A DNA stretch of 61,141 bases, counting the filler. It is 4 parts of 4 records of this genome, joined end to end, with 100 filler letters (N's around TTAATTAATTAA, not from the genome) between each part and the next. Parts side by side here need not be neighbours in the genome. Positions count along the whole stretch, not along the records: positions 11,319 to 29,334 come from DRR723986_4126; positions 29,435 to 54,532 come from DRR723986_4129; 2 more parts are not named here. One strand, 5' to 3'. A program made the position numbers and the translations under genes. Below are positions 27,650 through 36,919 of this stretch, one piece after another. The notes below the pieces were generated by a model. The model saw only the letters and a list, made by a program, of their open reading frames with translations, was not told the DNA's origin and ran no database searches. Position 1 is the first letter of the stretch. The number at the start of each line of letters is the position of its first letter.

Positions 27650-28804
27650 TTACTCAGCGGCGACTGGAACGTCGGCAGCAGACAGATCGGTGTAACGCTT
27701 CAGGTGGTGATCAACATTGCCGAACTCGGAGTCAATCATGGTCAGGCGCTTGAAGTAGTGTCCGACAGCCAGTTCGTCCGTCATGCCCATGCCGCCGTGG
27801 ATCTGGATCGACTGCTGGCCAACGAAGCGGCCACCCTGACCGATACGCACCTTGGCAGCCGACGCCGCTTTCTTGCGGGTGACTTCATCATCGCCCAGTT
27901 TCAGCGTGGCCATGTAGGTCATGGAGACCGACTGCTCGTATTCCATGAACATGTCGACCATGCGGTGCTGCAGCACCTGGAACTTGCCGATCGGCGTGCC
28001 GAACTGTTTACGCTGGCGCGAGTATTCGACCGTCATCTCGTGGGCAACTTTCATTGCACCGCATGCCTCGGCGCAGAGTGCGGCGATGGCTTCGTCCGAA
28101 ACGAGCTCGATCAGCGGCAAGCCATTGTCGACTTCGCCAATGACGGCTTCTGCACCGACAGCAACGTTTTCGAAGTAGACTTCCGAAGCGCGGCGGCCAT
28201 CGACCGTCGGGTAGTCACGAGTGGATACACCCGGTGCCGTTTTCTCGACCACGAAAACCGTCACACCGTTTGCATCGCGGCGGCCGCCGGAGGTGCGAGC
28301 GGTGACGATCAGGTGGGTTGCCCACGGCGCACCGATGACCACAGCCTTGTGGCCATTGATGACGAAGCCTTCGCCGTCTTTTTTGGCGGTGGTTTCAAGG
28401 TCAGCCAGATTGTAACGGCCGCGCGGTTCAGCATAGGCGAAGGCGAAGATGGTCTCGCCGGACATGATGCCGGTGAGGTATTCTTCCTTCTGCGCGTCGG
28501 TGCCGCGCTTGATAAAGCCACCACCACAAACAACGCTCGGTACATACGGCTCGACCACGAGGCCCTTGCCGAACTCTTCCATGACGACCATCGCATCGAT
28601 CGGGCCGCCGCCGAGACCGCCGTCTTCTTCGCTGAACGGCGCCATCATCAGGCCAAGCTCGGCGAACTGCATCCACATGTCCTTGCGCCAGCCATCGGCC
28701 GAAGCCACGACCTTGCGGCGGGTTTCGAAGTCGTACTGGTCGCGGATCATCTTCGCGAGGCTGTCGCGAAGCATTCCCTGTTCTTCAGTGAAATTAAAAT
28801 CCAT
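27650..28804 (-). CDS. Acyl-CoA dehydrogenase (PimD-like small subunit)
   Basis: MDFNFTEEQ, RKQFGTPIGKFQVLQHR, QIHGGMGMT. Confidence 0.9.
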   Translation of the reverse strand: MDFNFTEEQGMLRDSLAKMIRDQYDFETRRKVVASADGWRKDMWMQFAELGLMMAPFSEEDGGLGGGPIDAMVVMEEFGKGLVVEPYVPSVVCGGGFIKRGTDAQKEEYLTGIMSGETIFAFAYAEPRGRYNLADLETTAKKDGEGFVINGHKAVVIGAPWATHLIVTARTSGGRRDANGVTVFVVEKTAPGVSTRDYPTVDGRRASEVYFENVAVGAEAVIGEVDNGLPLIELVSDEAIAALCAEACGAMKVAHEMTVEYSRQRKQFGTPIGKFQVLQHRMVDMFMEYEQSVSMTYMATLKLGDDEVTRKKAASAAKVRIGQGGRFVGQQSIQIHGGMGMTDELAVGHYFKRLTMIDSEFGNVDHHLKRYTDLSAADVPVAAE

Positions 28805-28832
28805 TTGAGTCGTTTCCTCTCTGGCCTCGGGC

Positions 28833-29334
28833 TTAAAGGCCCAGGATCATTTTCGTGATGATGTTGCGCTGAATTTCGTTGGACCCGCCATAAATCGACG
28901 TCTTCCGCATGTTGAAATACGTCTCGGCAGCATAATCCGCATAGTCAGGACCGATGCCGGCGCCGTTGCCGGTGGCTTCCATGCCATAGGCGTAAGGCGC
29001 GCCGTAATGGTTGACGGCTTCCAGCGTGAGTTCGGTCAGGCGCTGCTGCACCTCGGTCCCCTTCACCTTCAGGATCGAGCTCTCAGGACCTGGGCCTTTT
29101 CCAGCGGCTTCCGATGCAAGCGTGCGGAGTTCGGTGAACTCAAGCGCCGTGAGATCGATCTCAAGCTGGCTGATCTTGCGGGAGAATTCCGGCGTTTCGA
29201 TCAGCGGCGTGCCGTCGACCGTTTCCTTGGTGGCGATATCGCGCAGACGCTCAATGCCACGCTTGGAGCGTGCCACACCGGCAATACCGGAACGTTCGTG
29301 CGCGAGCAGGAACTTGGCGTAGGTCCAGCCCTTG
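28833..29334 (-). CDS. Acyl-CoA dehydrogenase (PimC-like), 5'-truncated by gap
   Basis: GWTYAKFLLAHER, SIYGGSNEIQRNII. Confidence 0.88.
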
Positions 29335-29434
29335 NNNNNNNNNNNNNNNNNNNNNNNNNNNNNNNNNNNNNNNNNNNNTTAATTAATTAANNNNNNNNNN
29401 NNNNNNNNNNNNNNNNNNNNNNNNNNNNNNNNNN
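29335..29434. other. Artificial contig spacer
   Basis: N44-TTAATTAATTAA-N44. Confidence 0.97.
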
Positions 29435-29464
29435 CGGAAAACAAGGAAAAATCGAGGTGCCCTT

Positions 29465-30262
29465 TTGGCACTGCTGGCGTTCATCGTTACCGCTTCGGCG
29501 GCTTCTACGGTGAGCGCACAGGAAGACAGCATTGTTACCTTCAGCACTCAGACGGCAAGCGTCACATACGGGCCGTATGCCAGGTTGTCGTTCGGCTCTT
29601 CTGCCAGCAGCTACGACGATGGTCGCTGGCAGAATGGCGGCGGAGATCCCACAATCTTCTTTGATCTTGGAGATGAAACCGGCGGATTCGGAGAAATCGC
29701 GTTTGGCTTCGATTGGCAAAACGGGTTCCGAGGGGAACTTGCACTGGGCCGCTTTGGAGATACGAACGCTGTTGGGCCATGTAGTTCCGTTTCCGATTTG
29801 ACCCCTTGCAACGATCATGCGGATATTTCGAGCGGCTCGGTCAGCAGCACCGTGGTTATGGGGAACGTCTACTATGCCCCGTTTGAGCATCGCGGTAACA
29901 ACTCAGTGTTTCAGCCTTTCCTTGTGGCGGGTGTTGGGTTCTCACGCAATGAAGTCAGCGAATGGACACGCATGGCGAATCCGGGCAGCCCATCCGGAAG
30001 ACTTTACCGCAGCTTTGAGGGCAACACCGATACGTCGTTTGCCTGGTCCCTTGGGCTTGGCGCCGCATGGCAAATCTCGCGGCCCGGTCAGCACCCTGTG
30101 ATCATCGAGGCTTCGTGGCGTTACTTCGATCTGGGCGAGGCATCGGGCGGCTCTATGCCGTTGCCGGGCAATGGTGCCGGTGATCCTGTTGTCCCGCTGA
30201 CGTTCGAAAACACCCGTCAGGTATTCAGCCTCGGCATTCGGATCCCGCTTCAACGGCTTTGA
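29465..30262 (+). CDS. Outer-membrane beta-barrel protein (opacity/OmpA-TM-like); start may be truncated
   Basis: Signal peptide ...VSA, GFRGEL, PFLVAGVG, FAWSLGLG, WRYFDLG. Confidence 0.75.
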   Translation: MALLAFIVTASAASTVSAQEDSIVTFSTQTASVTYGPYARLSFGSSASSYDDGRWQNGGGDPTIFFDLGDETGGFGEIAFGFDWQNGFRGELALGRFGDTNAVGPCSSVSDLTPCNDHADISSGSVSSTVVMGNVYYAPFEHRGNNSVFQPFLVAGVGFSRNEVSEWTRMANPGSPSGRLYRSFEGNTDTSFAWSLGLGAAWQISRPGQHPVIIEASWRYFDLGEASGGSMPLPGNGAGDPVVPLTFENTRQVFSLGIRIPLQRL

Positions 30263-30416
30263 TCCGACCCATCAAGACGAACATGACAGGGCCGCCTTGG
30301 GGCGGCCTTCTCCTTTTCCCGAACCTGGTATAGACCTGACCTTGCAACCAATGGAGAGCGACATGAACAGCGCCGATATCTGAACGAACCCACGTCAGAC
30401 CAGAAAGGCAAATGTC

Positions 30417-31064
30417 ATGCGACCTTCGTATTCTTCTCCCGATACGCTTCATCCCGTTTCGCTGCCGGATGGCAGTCACCACCTTGGAACGGTATTCCTG
30501 AAACCCGCCATCAGTCATCCCCGTTGGCAAGTGGGAGAATACAGCTATGCCAGTGCCCATAATCCGCCGCAGGACTGGGCCTTTCATCTTGCACCCTATC
30601 TATATGATTTCTCGCCCGAACGACTGGTGATCGGGAAATTCTGCCAGATTGCCGACGGGGTTCAGTTCATCACCTCATCCGCAAATCATCGCTATGACGG
30701 GTTCACCAGCTTTCCCTTTGCGATCTTTGGTGGCGGGTCAGCGGCGGGACGCCCCTCGATGCCCGAACCCGGCCCGGATACCGTGATCGGCCATGATGTC
30801 TGGCTGGGGCATGGGGCGCGGGTGCTGCCTGGTGCCCGGATCGGCAGCGGTTGTATCATTGGCAGCGGTGCAGTGGTGTCAGGCGAAATCCCGCCCTACG
30901 CCATTGTTGCCGGAAACCCTGCGCGCGTGGTGCGCCGCCGCTTCCCCGATGATGTGATTGACGGGTTGCTGGACCTGAATTGGTGGGATTGGCCAATTGA
31001 TCAAATCTTGTCTCAGGAAGCTGCGCTGTGTTCGGGGGATCCGCTGATCTTCGCCTCTGGCTGA
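30417..31064 (+). CDS. CatB/Vat-related hexapeptide O-acetyltransferase
   Basis: IGKFCQIA, IGHDVWLG, GNPARVVRRRF, WWDW. Confidence 0.88.
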   Translation: MRPSYSSPDTLHPVSLPDGSHHLGTVFLKPAISHPRWQVGEYSYASAHNPPQDWAFHLAPYLYDFSPERLVIGKFCQIADGVQFITSSANHRYDGFTSFPFAIFGGGSAAGRPSMPEPGPDTVIGHDVWLGHGARVLPGARIGSGCIIGSGAVVSGEIPPYAIVAGNPARVVRRRFPDDVIDGLLDLNWWDWPIDQILSQEAALCSGDPLIFASG

Positions 31065-31159
31065 GCCATCGGCAGATTTCCCCGCTTGAACAAGCCGCGC
31101 ATGGCAGCACGATGCGCCGCGTGATAGGATATCCGAAACATCTCAGAAGGTTTGACACA

Positions 31160-31450
31160 ATGCATCGTTTCGCTCTGCCCGTGATTGCCGTGATCCTTGC
31201 CCTGGTGGCTTTGTCTGGCCCCGCTATCGCACAGCAGCGGGGCAGCGAGCAGTTGATCCGCTCGGTCGAGCGGGAGTTGCCCAACTATGTCGAAGGGGTC
31301 GACGTGCGGTCATTGACAGTTGGGCAGGTGTCCTCGCTTCATGTCATTCTACATAGTGGCAGGCGGCATTCTGCGATCCGCGGGCAGGTTATTGCCATTC
31401 TCGGTGGATTGGACGAACTGATGTTCGGGCGCAATTTCGGGGCACTCTGA
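31160..31450 (+). CDS. Small secreted hypothetical protein
   Basis: Signal peptide MHRFALPVIAV...AIA. Confidence 0.6.
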   Translation: MHRFALPVIAVILALVALSGPAIAQQRGSEQLIRSVERELPNYVEGVDVRSLTVGQVSSLHVILHSGRRHSAIRGQVIAILGGLDELMFGRNFGAL

Positions 31451-31491
31451 TCTCGCGCAAAGTATCTGTCTCCCTCACCCGCTAGACTGCG

Positions 31492-32685
31492 GTGATGAGA
31501 CTTGACCTGACCCTTCTGACCCTTGGCATCCTGTTCCTCGTCGGCCTGGCCGCAGACGAGATCGGGCGCCGCACGCGCCTGCCAAGGGTGACCCTACTGT
31601 TGCTGGCGGGGGTTCTGGCGGGCCGGTCGGGTCTGGACCTTGTGCCGACCGAGGCCGAAGACTGGTATGAGTTCCTGTCCGTTTCGGCCCTGACCATGGT
31701 TGCCTTTCTTCTTGGCAGCGCGCTGACCCGCAAGAATCTGGCCGCGCATGGCACCGAGATCTTGGTGATTTCGATCAGCATCGTGCTGGTGACGCTTGTG
31801 GTCGTTGCGGGGGGGTTGGTGCTGATCGGCATTCCCACCGGATTGGCCCTGCTTCTTGGGGCGATTGCCACCGCGACCGCACCAGCCGCGACAGAGGACA
31901 CAATCCGCCAGTCCGGAATGACCGGTGCCTTTCCGGACAAGCTGCGGGGCATCGTGGCGGTGGATGACGCCTGGGGCCTTATGGCCTTCAGCCTGATGGC
32001 CGTTGCCGCCGGAGAACTTTATGGAAATGGCCATGACGGGGTGCTGTGGCACGCGTTGAAAGAAATCGGGGGGGCATTGCTGCTTGGCGCTGTGATCGGT
32101 GTTCCGGGGGCGATGCTGACCGGGCGCATAAAGCCCGGCGAACCCTTGCAGACCGAGGCGCTTGGACTTGTGTTCCTGACGGCGGGTTTGGCGATCTGGC
32201 TCGACGTATCATACCTTTTGGCGGGCATGACGGCTGGTATGCTGATCGTCAATTTCGCCCGGCATCATCGTCAGGCGTTTCACGAAATCGAAAACGCCCG
32301 CTGGCCGTTCATGGTTCTGTTCTTCCTTTTGGCGGGCGTTTCACTGGAACTGGAACATCTGTCCACGATGGGGGTTCTGGGCCTGGCCTACCTGACCCTT
32401 CGGATTGTGTCCCGGATCGGTGGCGGCTGGATCGGTGCCCGTCTTGGAGGATCGAGCGTCACCGAACGATCTTGGTACGGAATTGCTCTTCTGCCACAGG
32501 CGGGCGTGGCGATCGGCATGGCGTTGGTCGCGGCAGAAAGCTTTCCCGATTGGGGGGAGACCATCATCACCCTGACCATCGGCACGACGGTGGCTTTCGA
32601 GCTTCTGGGCCCGCCCGCCACGTTGTTTGCGTTGCGTCGCGTTGCCGGGAAAGAAAGCGGTCAGCCACCCGCAAAGGGGCCTTGA
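31492..32685 (+). CDS. Cation:proton antiporter (Na+/H+ exchanger family)
   Basis: About 12 TM, ATAPAAT, VAVDDA, LLPQAGVAIG. Confidence 0.88.
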   Translation: MMRLDLTLLTLGILFLVGLAADEIGRRTRLPRVTLLLLAGVLAGRSGLDLVPTEAEDWYEFLSVSALTMVAFLLGSALTRKNLAAHGTEILVISISIVLVTLVVVAGGLVLIGIPTGLALLLGAIATATAPAATEDTIRQSGMTGAFPDKLRGIVAVDDAWGLMAFSLMAVAAGELYGNGHDGVLWHALKEIGGALLLGAVIGVPGAMLTGRIKPGEPLQTEALGLVFLTAGLAIWLDVSYLLAGMTAGMLIVNFARHHRQAFHEIENARWPFMVLFFLLAGVSLELEHLSTMGVLGLAYLTLRIVSRIGGGWIGARLGGSSVTERSWYGIALLPQAGVAIGMALVAAESFPDWGETIITLTIGTTVAFELLGPPATLFALRRVAGKESGQPPAKGP

Positions 32686-32723
32686 TTCCCCCTCGGTGAT
32701 GGCTTAACCGGTGGCTCCAGTAC

Positions 32724-32799
32724 AGGGGTGTAGCTCAGTTGGTAGAGCAGCGGATTCCAAATCCGCAGGCCGCGGGTTCGAATCCTGCCGCCCCTGCCA
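32724..32799 (+). tRNA. tRNA-Trp(CCA)
   Basis: AGGGGTG/CGCCCCT acceptor stem, GCGGA-TTCCAAA-TCCGC anticodon arm, GGTTCGAATCC, encoded CCA; 76 nt. Confidence 0.97.
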
Positions 32800-32802
32800 C
32801 GC

Positions 32803-32837
32803 AAAAAAGTCCGGCGAGTTTCGCCGGACTTTTTTTA
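32803..32837. terminator. Bidirectional terminator
   Basis: AAAAAAGTCCGGCGA-GTT-TCGCCGGACTTTTTTT. Confidence 0.88.
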
Positions 32838-32883
32838 TTGAATAGTCGCTGACGGGCGTCTTGTCGGACATCAGCCCGGCGGA

Positions 32884-33909
32884 TCACACCGCGTAATAAT
32901 CCCGATACCAGTCCACGAAACGCGCCACCCCGTCTGCGACAGATGTGGATGGGCTGTGACCTGTCAAGCGCCGCAACAGGGTGGTGTCTGCCCAGGTTGC
33001 GGGAACATCGCCTGGTTGCATGTCCATCAGGTTCTTGCGCGCCACTTGTCCGGTTGCGGCCTCAATCGCGGCAATGAATTCCATCAGGGGGACAGGATTG
33101 GCATTGCCGATGTTCACGATACGAAAGGGCGCGACGGGTGACAGGCTGTCGCCGTCCGGCGGCGCCTCTCCCGCTGCTGGTCGTATCGGGGCAACATCGA
33201 TCAGCCTTTCGATTCCGGCCACCAGATCGTCGACATAGGTAAAGTCACGCTGCATCCGTCCGTGATTGTAGACGTCAATCGGCTCTCCGCCGAGGATCGC
33301 TCGGGTGAATTTGAACAGCGCCATATCCGGACGCCCCCAGGGGCCATAGACAGTGAAGAAGCGGAACATCGTTGTGGGCAAGCCGTAGAGATGTGCATAG
33401 CTGTGTGCCATGGCTTCATTGGCTTTCTTGGTCGCCGCATAGAAAGACATCTGCGTGTCTGCCTTGTCGGTTTCCGCATAGGGCATGTCTAGGTTCGCCC
33501 CATAGGCAGAGCTGGTAGAGGCAAGCAGCATGTGGGCCGGCGGATGCGCGCGGGCGGCCTCTAGCAGCCGGAATGTGCCGATAAGATTGGCTTCGACATA
33601 GCTTTCCGGTGCCTCGATCGAATACCTAACGCCTGCCTGCGCCGCGAGGTGGATGACAGCTTCGGGGTGTTGATCTGCGAAAAGATCCGCCAGCAATCCG
33701 GGCTGTTCGATCCTGTCGTTCACAGCGCGGAAATTGGGTGATTGGCACAGCATTGCCTGACGCCGGTCTTTAAGTGAGACATCATAGTAATCGGTCATCG
33801 CGTCTACACCGATGACGCGCCATCCCGCTTGCAGAAGGGCAGCTGTAAGATGGTAGCCAATGAAGCCTGCGGATCCCGTCACAAGCGCAGTTCTGATAGG
33901 TTGGGACAT
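32884..33909 (-). CDS. UDP-glucuronate 4-epimerase (NAD-dependent)
   Basis: GSAGFIG, HLAAQAGVRYS, YAATKKANE, YGPWGRPDMA. Confidence 0.92.
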   Translation of the reverse strand: MSQPIRTALVTGSAGFIGYHLTAALLQAGWRVIGVDAMTDYYDVSLKDRRQAMLCQSPNFRAVNDRIEQPGLLADLFADQHPEAVIHLAAQAGVRYSIEAPESYVEANLIGTFRLLEAARAHPPAHMLLASTSSAYGANLDMPYAETDKADTQMSFYAATKKANEAMAHSYAHLYGLPTTMFRFFTVYGPWGRPDMALFKFTRAILGGEPIDVYNHGRMQRDFTYVDDLVAGIERLIDVAPIRPAAGEAPPDGDSLSPVAPFRIVNIGNANPVPLMEFIAAIEAATGQVARKNLMDMQPGDVPATWADTTLLRRLTGHSPSTSVADGVARFVDWYRDYYAV

Positions 33910-34231
33910 GTGGTGACCTTCGTGACCGACTTCGAGACATCCTCGCGTTCCCTTCCATGTACAGCCAATGACGACATGTGCAAACCGATTGGATCAGGGA
34001 TACTTCATCCGCGCCGTCAACAGCATAGCGCGGCAGGTCTCGGGGTGGGGGCATCGACGCATTTGGAGGGGACTTTCAAATGGCCGACATTTCCCTCCTG
34101 TTCCAATACCGAACACGATCCAATCGAACCGAATGGCCTAACAGGCCAATTCGCACATGCAGGCATGGACAATTCAAGAAGTCAAAACGAAAAATTGAAT
34201 GGATGAGGTCAAGAAATTCGGTTGACCGAAC

Positions 34232-34675
34232 TTATTGATCGCTGGAGTCCGACCTTGGAATATCCGATGCGTTGACAAGACTTGAGACAATAAACTGATA
34301 AAATGCCTCGGAAAGCGGGGCATCCAGAAAACCCACATCTAAGGTCGGCCCCCTGTTGGTTTCACCACCTATGGTCCATTCCAGATGACCGCGAAACAAG
34401 TTCCAGGTCATTGTTTCGGCCACCAGCCCAAGATGAACATCGTCAGGCAGGCCCGGGATCTGCTGATTGGCCAACACCCGGCAGATGCCGTTCAGATGAC
34501 CGGTCATTGTCTCTGACAGATCGGGTTCCAGCGTTCGGCAGATGCCGTTGTCAGGTGGGTTACCCCCATCAGTCATCGCCGCCAGCCCGTGCATCGACAC
34601 AAGGACCGATAGCAAAGTGATGGCCAGACCCTGAAATCGCATGAGAAGCACCGCCCTTTCTGATTTCTGCATCAT
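34232..34675 (-). CDS. Hypothetical exported protein
   Basis: Hydrophobic N-terminus; fills the intergenic gap; no recognised motif. Confidence 0.45.
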   Translation of the reverse strand: MMQKSERAVLLMRFQGLAITLLSVLVSMHGLAAMTDGGNPPDNGICRTLEPDLSETMTGHLNGICRVLANQQIPGLPDDVHLGLVAETMTWNLFRGHLEWTIGGETNRGPTLDVGFLDAPLSEAFYQFIVSSLVNASDIPRSDSSDQ

Positions 34676-34914
34676 AGGTCAGAGATGCGGTTCCGTTAAG
34701 GGCTAGCTGCACCTGTCAGCAGAATGCCGCGCGGTGACGAGAGACTTCTTGTGCCTGAGTATCGTGATTGTTATGGTTGCTGTGGAAGAAAATGGCACAT
34801 TGCTTCGGAAAAGAGACTGCAAGAAAAAGATGTTAATGTGCAAAGATCATTAAATAAACTCTCAAGAGATATTTGGATCTCGTTCGAGTTTTCTGAATCG
34901 GTGGGTTTTTCCAA

Positions 34915-36795
34915 ATGCTGAGCCTGGTCAAGTCCCTGACACGCAAGCAGAAAAGAAATGTTCTGCTGATTCTTGATTTGGTTCTGGTTCCTATTGCACT
35001 GGTTTTTACATTTGCCGTTCAGGCAGATGCCCGAACTCCTATTGAGACTCTGACACTTTTACTGCCCGTTTTGCCGTATTTGCTGGCTGTTGCCGTCGGC
35101 GTTTCATTGGCAATGGGCATTCCGCAAATTCAGCTCAACGCCTATGAAGGGCGCGCCTTGGCCAAGACGGCGGTTTTTGCCAGCTACATGGGCGCCAGCC
35201 TGGCGGGGCTGAGCTGGCTTTTCGTACTGGACGTTCCTATTGGCCATTGCATCGTTTTCGCGATCTGTTTCTTCATGTTCTCAGCTGTCAGCCGGGTTGT
35301 CATGTATCAGATCGTGGTGGCGATCTATCGGCGAGAGATTCCGCGTTGTCGGGTGCTGATCTATGGTGCCGGGACGACAGGCACTCAACTGGCGACCGCT
35401 CTGCGAACCCATGAAGGCATCGACCCAGTCGCGTTCGTGGATGACAACACTGCCTTGCAGGGCGTTCTGATTGCCGGGCTTCCAGTCTTCACACCGGCAA
35501 GCATCGCCCGCATCGTCGACGAAAAGAACATTCGGCGTGTTCTTTTGGCCATTCCCTCGCTGAGCCAGCCAAAACAGGCGCAAATCGCGCGGCGCTTGCA
35601 AAAGATGGGTTTGGAAGTTCAGACCCTGCCGTCATTCGCCCAGTTGATCGGGGAAGAACCGCTCGTTGAAAAGCTGACCCCGGTAAAACCTGCCCAGTTT
35701 CTCGGCCGCGCCCTGGCGGTGACCTCGCTGGGCGAGGAGGGCAACAGCTATACCAACCGCAGTGTACTGATCTCGGGCGCTGGCGGATCGATCGGTGCAG
35801 AACTGTCCCGCCAGGTGCTGGCTTGCCGCCCAGGAAAACTCATCCTGTACGAGCTGAGCGAGTTTGCGCTGTTCAACATCGACATGGAACTGCGCCCGTT
35901 GGCCGAAGAGGTCGGGGTGGAGCTTGTGGCGATCCTGGGATCGGTGACGGACTCTCGTCAGGTTCGCTACGTTCTGGATGAACATGACGTCCAGATCGTC
36001 GTTCATGCCGCAGCATACAAGCATGTGCCGCTTGTCGAGGCCAATCCGCTGTCGGGATTGGCGAACAATGTTCTGGGGACGCAAACTCTGGCGAGAGAGG
36101 CGGAAATGGCCGGGGTAGAGCGGTTCGTTCTGGTTTCCTCGGACAAGGCCGTCCGCCCGACTTCGGTTATGGGATCATCCAAGCGCCTTGCAGAGCTGGT
36201 CGTTCAGGATCTGGCCGTGCGGTCCAGCGGAACGGTTTTCTCAATCGTGCGTTTTGGAAATGTCCTTGGGTCCTCGGGGTCTGTGGTGCCGATCTTTCAG
36301 GAACAGATCAGCCGTGGTGGGCCGGTCACCGTGACCCATCAGGACGTGCGCCGTTACTTCATGACCGTCCGCGAAGCCGTCCACCTTGTCCTACGTGCAG
36401 GCGCGATGGCGACCGGGGGGGAGGTGTTCGTTCTGGACATGGGCGAAGAGGTGATGATCGAACGTCTTGCCAGGCAGGTTATTGAAAGTTCAGGCTATAC
36501 CGTTCGTGATGACAATAACCCCGACGGCGATATCGAGATTGTCTTCACGGGATTGCGCCCGGGGGAAAAAATCTTCGAAGAGCTCACGCTTAGCCAGGAA
36601 CGACTGACCACGCTGCATCCCAAGATCTTTGCAACACGCGAACAAGCCCTGTCCGAGATCGAGGTGGCATCGGTGCTGCGCAGCCTGCGCGAGGCGATCT
36701 CTGCCGGTGACAAGGTGGCTGCAATCGCTGTTCTGGACCGTTGGATCGAAGGTCGGAGAACACAGGGTTCGTCGGCCGTTCACGGCAGCAACTGA
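34915..36795 (+). CDS. Membrane UDP-GlcNAc 4,6-dehydratase (PglF/WbpM/CapD family)
   Basis: 4 TM, GAGGSIG, HAAAYKHVP, SSDKAV, RFGNVLGSSGSV, GLRPGEK. Confidence 0.92.
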   Translation: MLSLVKSLTRKQKRNVLLILDLVLVPIALVFTFAVQADARTPIETLTLLLPVLPYLLAVAVGVSLAMGIPQIQLNAYEGRALAKTAVFASYMGASLAGLSWLFVLDVPIGHCIVFAICFFMFSAVSRVVMYQIVVAIYRREIPRCRVLIYGAGTTGTQLATALRTHEGIDPVAFVDDNTALQGVLIAGLPVFTPASIARIVDEKNIRRVLLAIPSLSQPKQAQIARRLQKMGLEVQTLPSFAQLIGEEPLVEKLTPVKPAQFLGRALAVTSLGEEGNSYTNRSVLISGAGGSIGAELSRQVLACRPGKLILYELSEFALFNIDMELRPLAEEVGVELVAILGSVTDSRQVRYVLDEHDVQIVVHAAAYKHVPLVEANPLSGLANNVLGTQTLAREAEMAGVERFVLVSSDKAVRPTSVMGSSKRLAELVVQDLAVRSSGTVFSIVRFGNVLGSSGSVVPIFQEQISRGGPVTVTHQDVRRYFMTVREAVHLVLRAGAMATGGEVFVLDMGEEVMIERLARQVIESSGYTVRDDNNPDGDIEIVFTGLRPGEKIFEELTLSQERLTTLHPKIFATREQALSEIEVASVLRSLREAISAGDKVAAIAVLDRWIEGRRTQGSSAVHGSN

Positions 36796-36919
36796 CCGCT
36801 GGGCCGTCTCTGTCACCTTAAAGACGCGCTTTACCCAAAAGCGCATGGAAAGACAGCGGCGCGCGCTTGATCGCGTCCCGGCGCACGTGGTCTAAGAACG
36901 GCAAAGCAGGAGAACAGGC

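Noticed and set aside
30417-31064. Streptogramin or chloramphenicol resistance gene
   Set aside because: Family-level hexapeptide similarity only; no mobile context; substrate unknown
32724-32840. tRNA-Trp as the attachment site of a genomic island
   Set aside because: No integrase and no duplicated tRNA 3' end noticed in the contig
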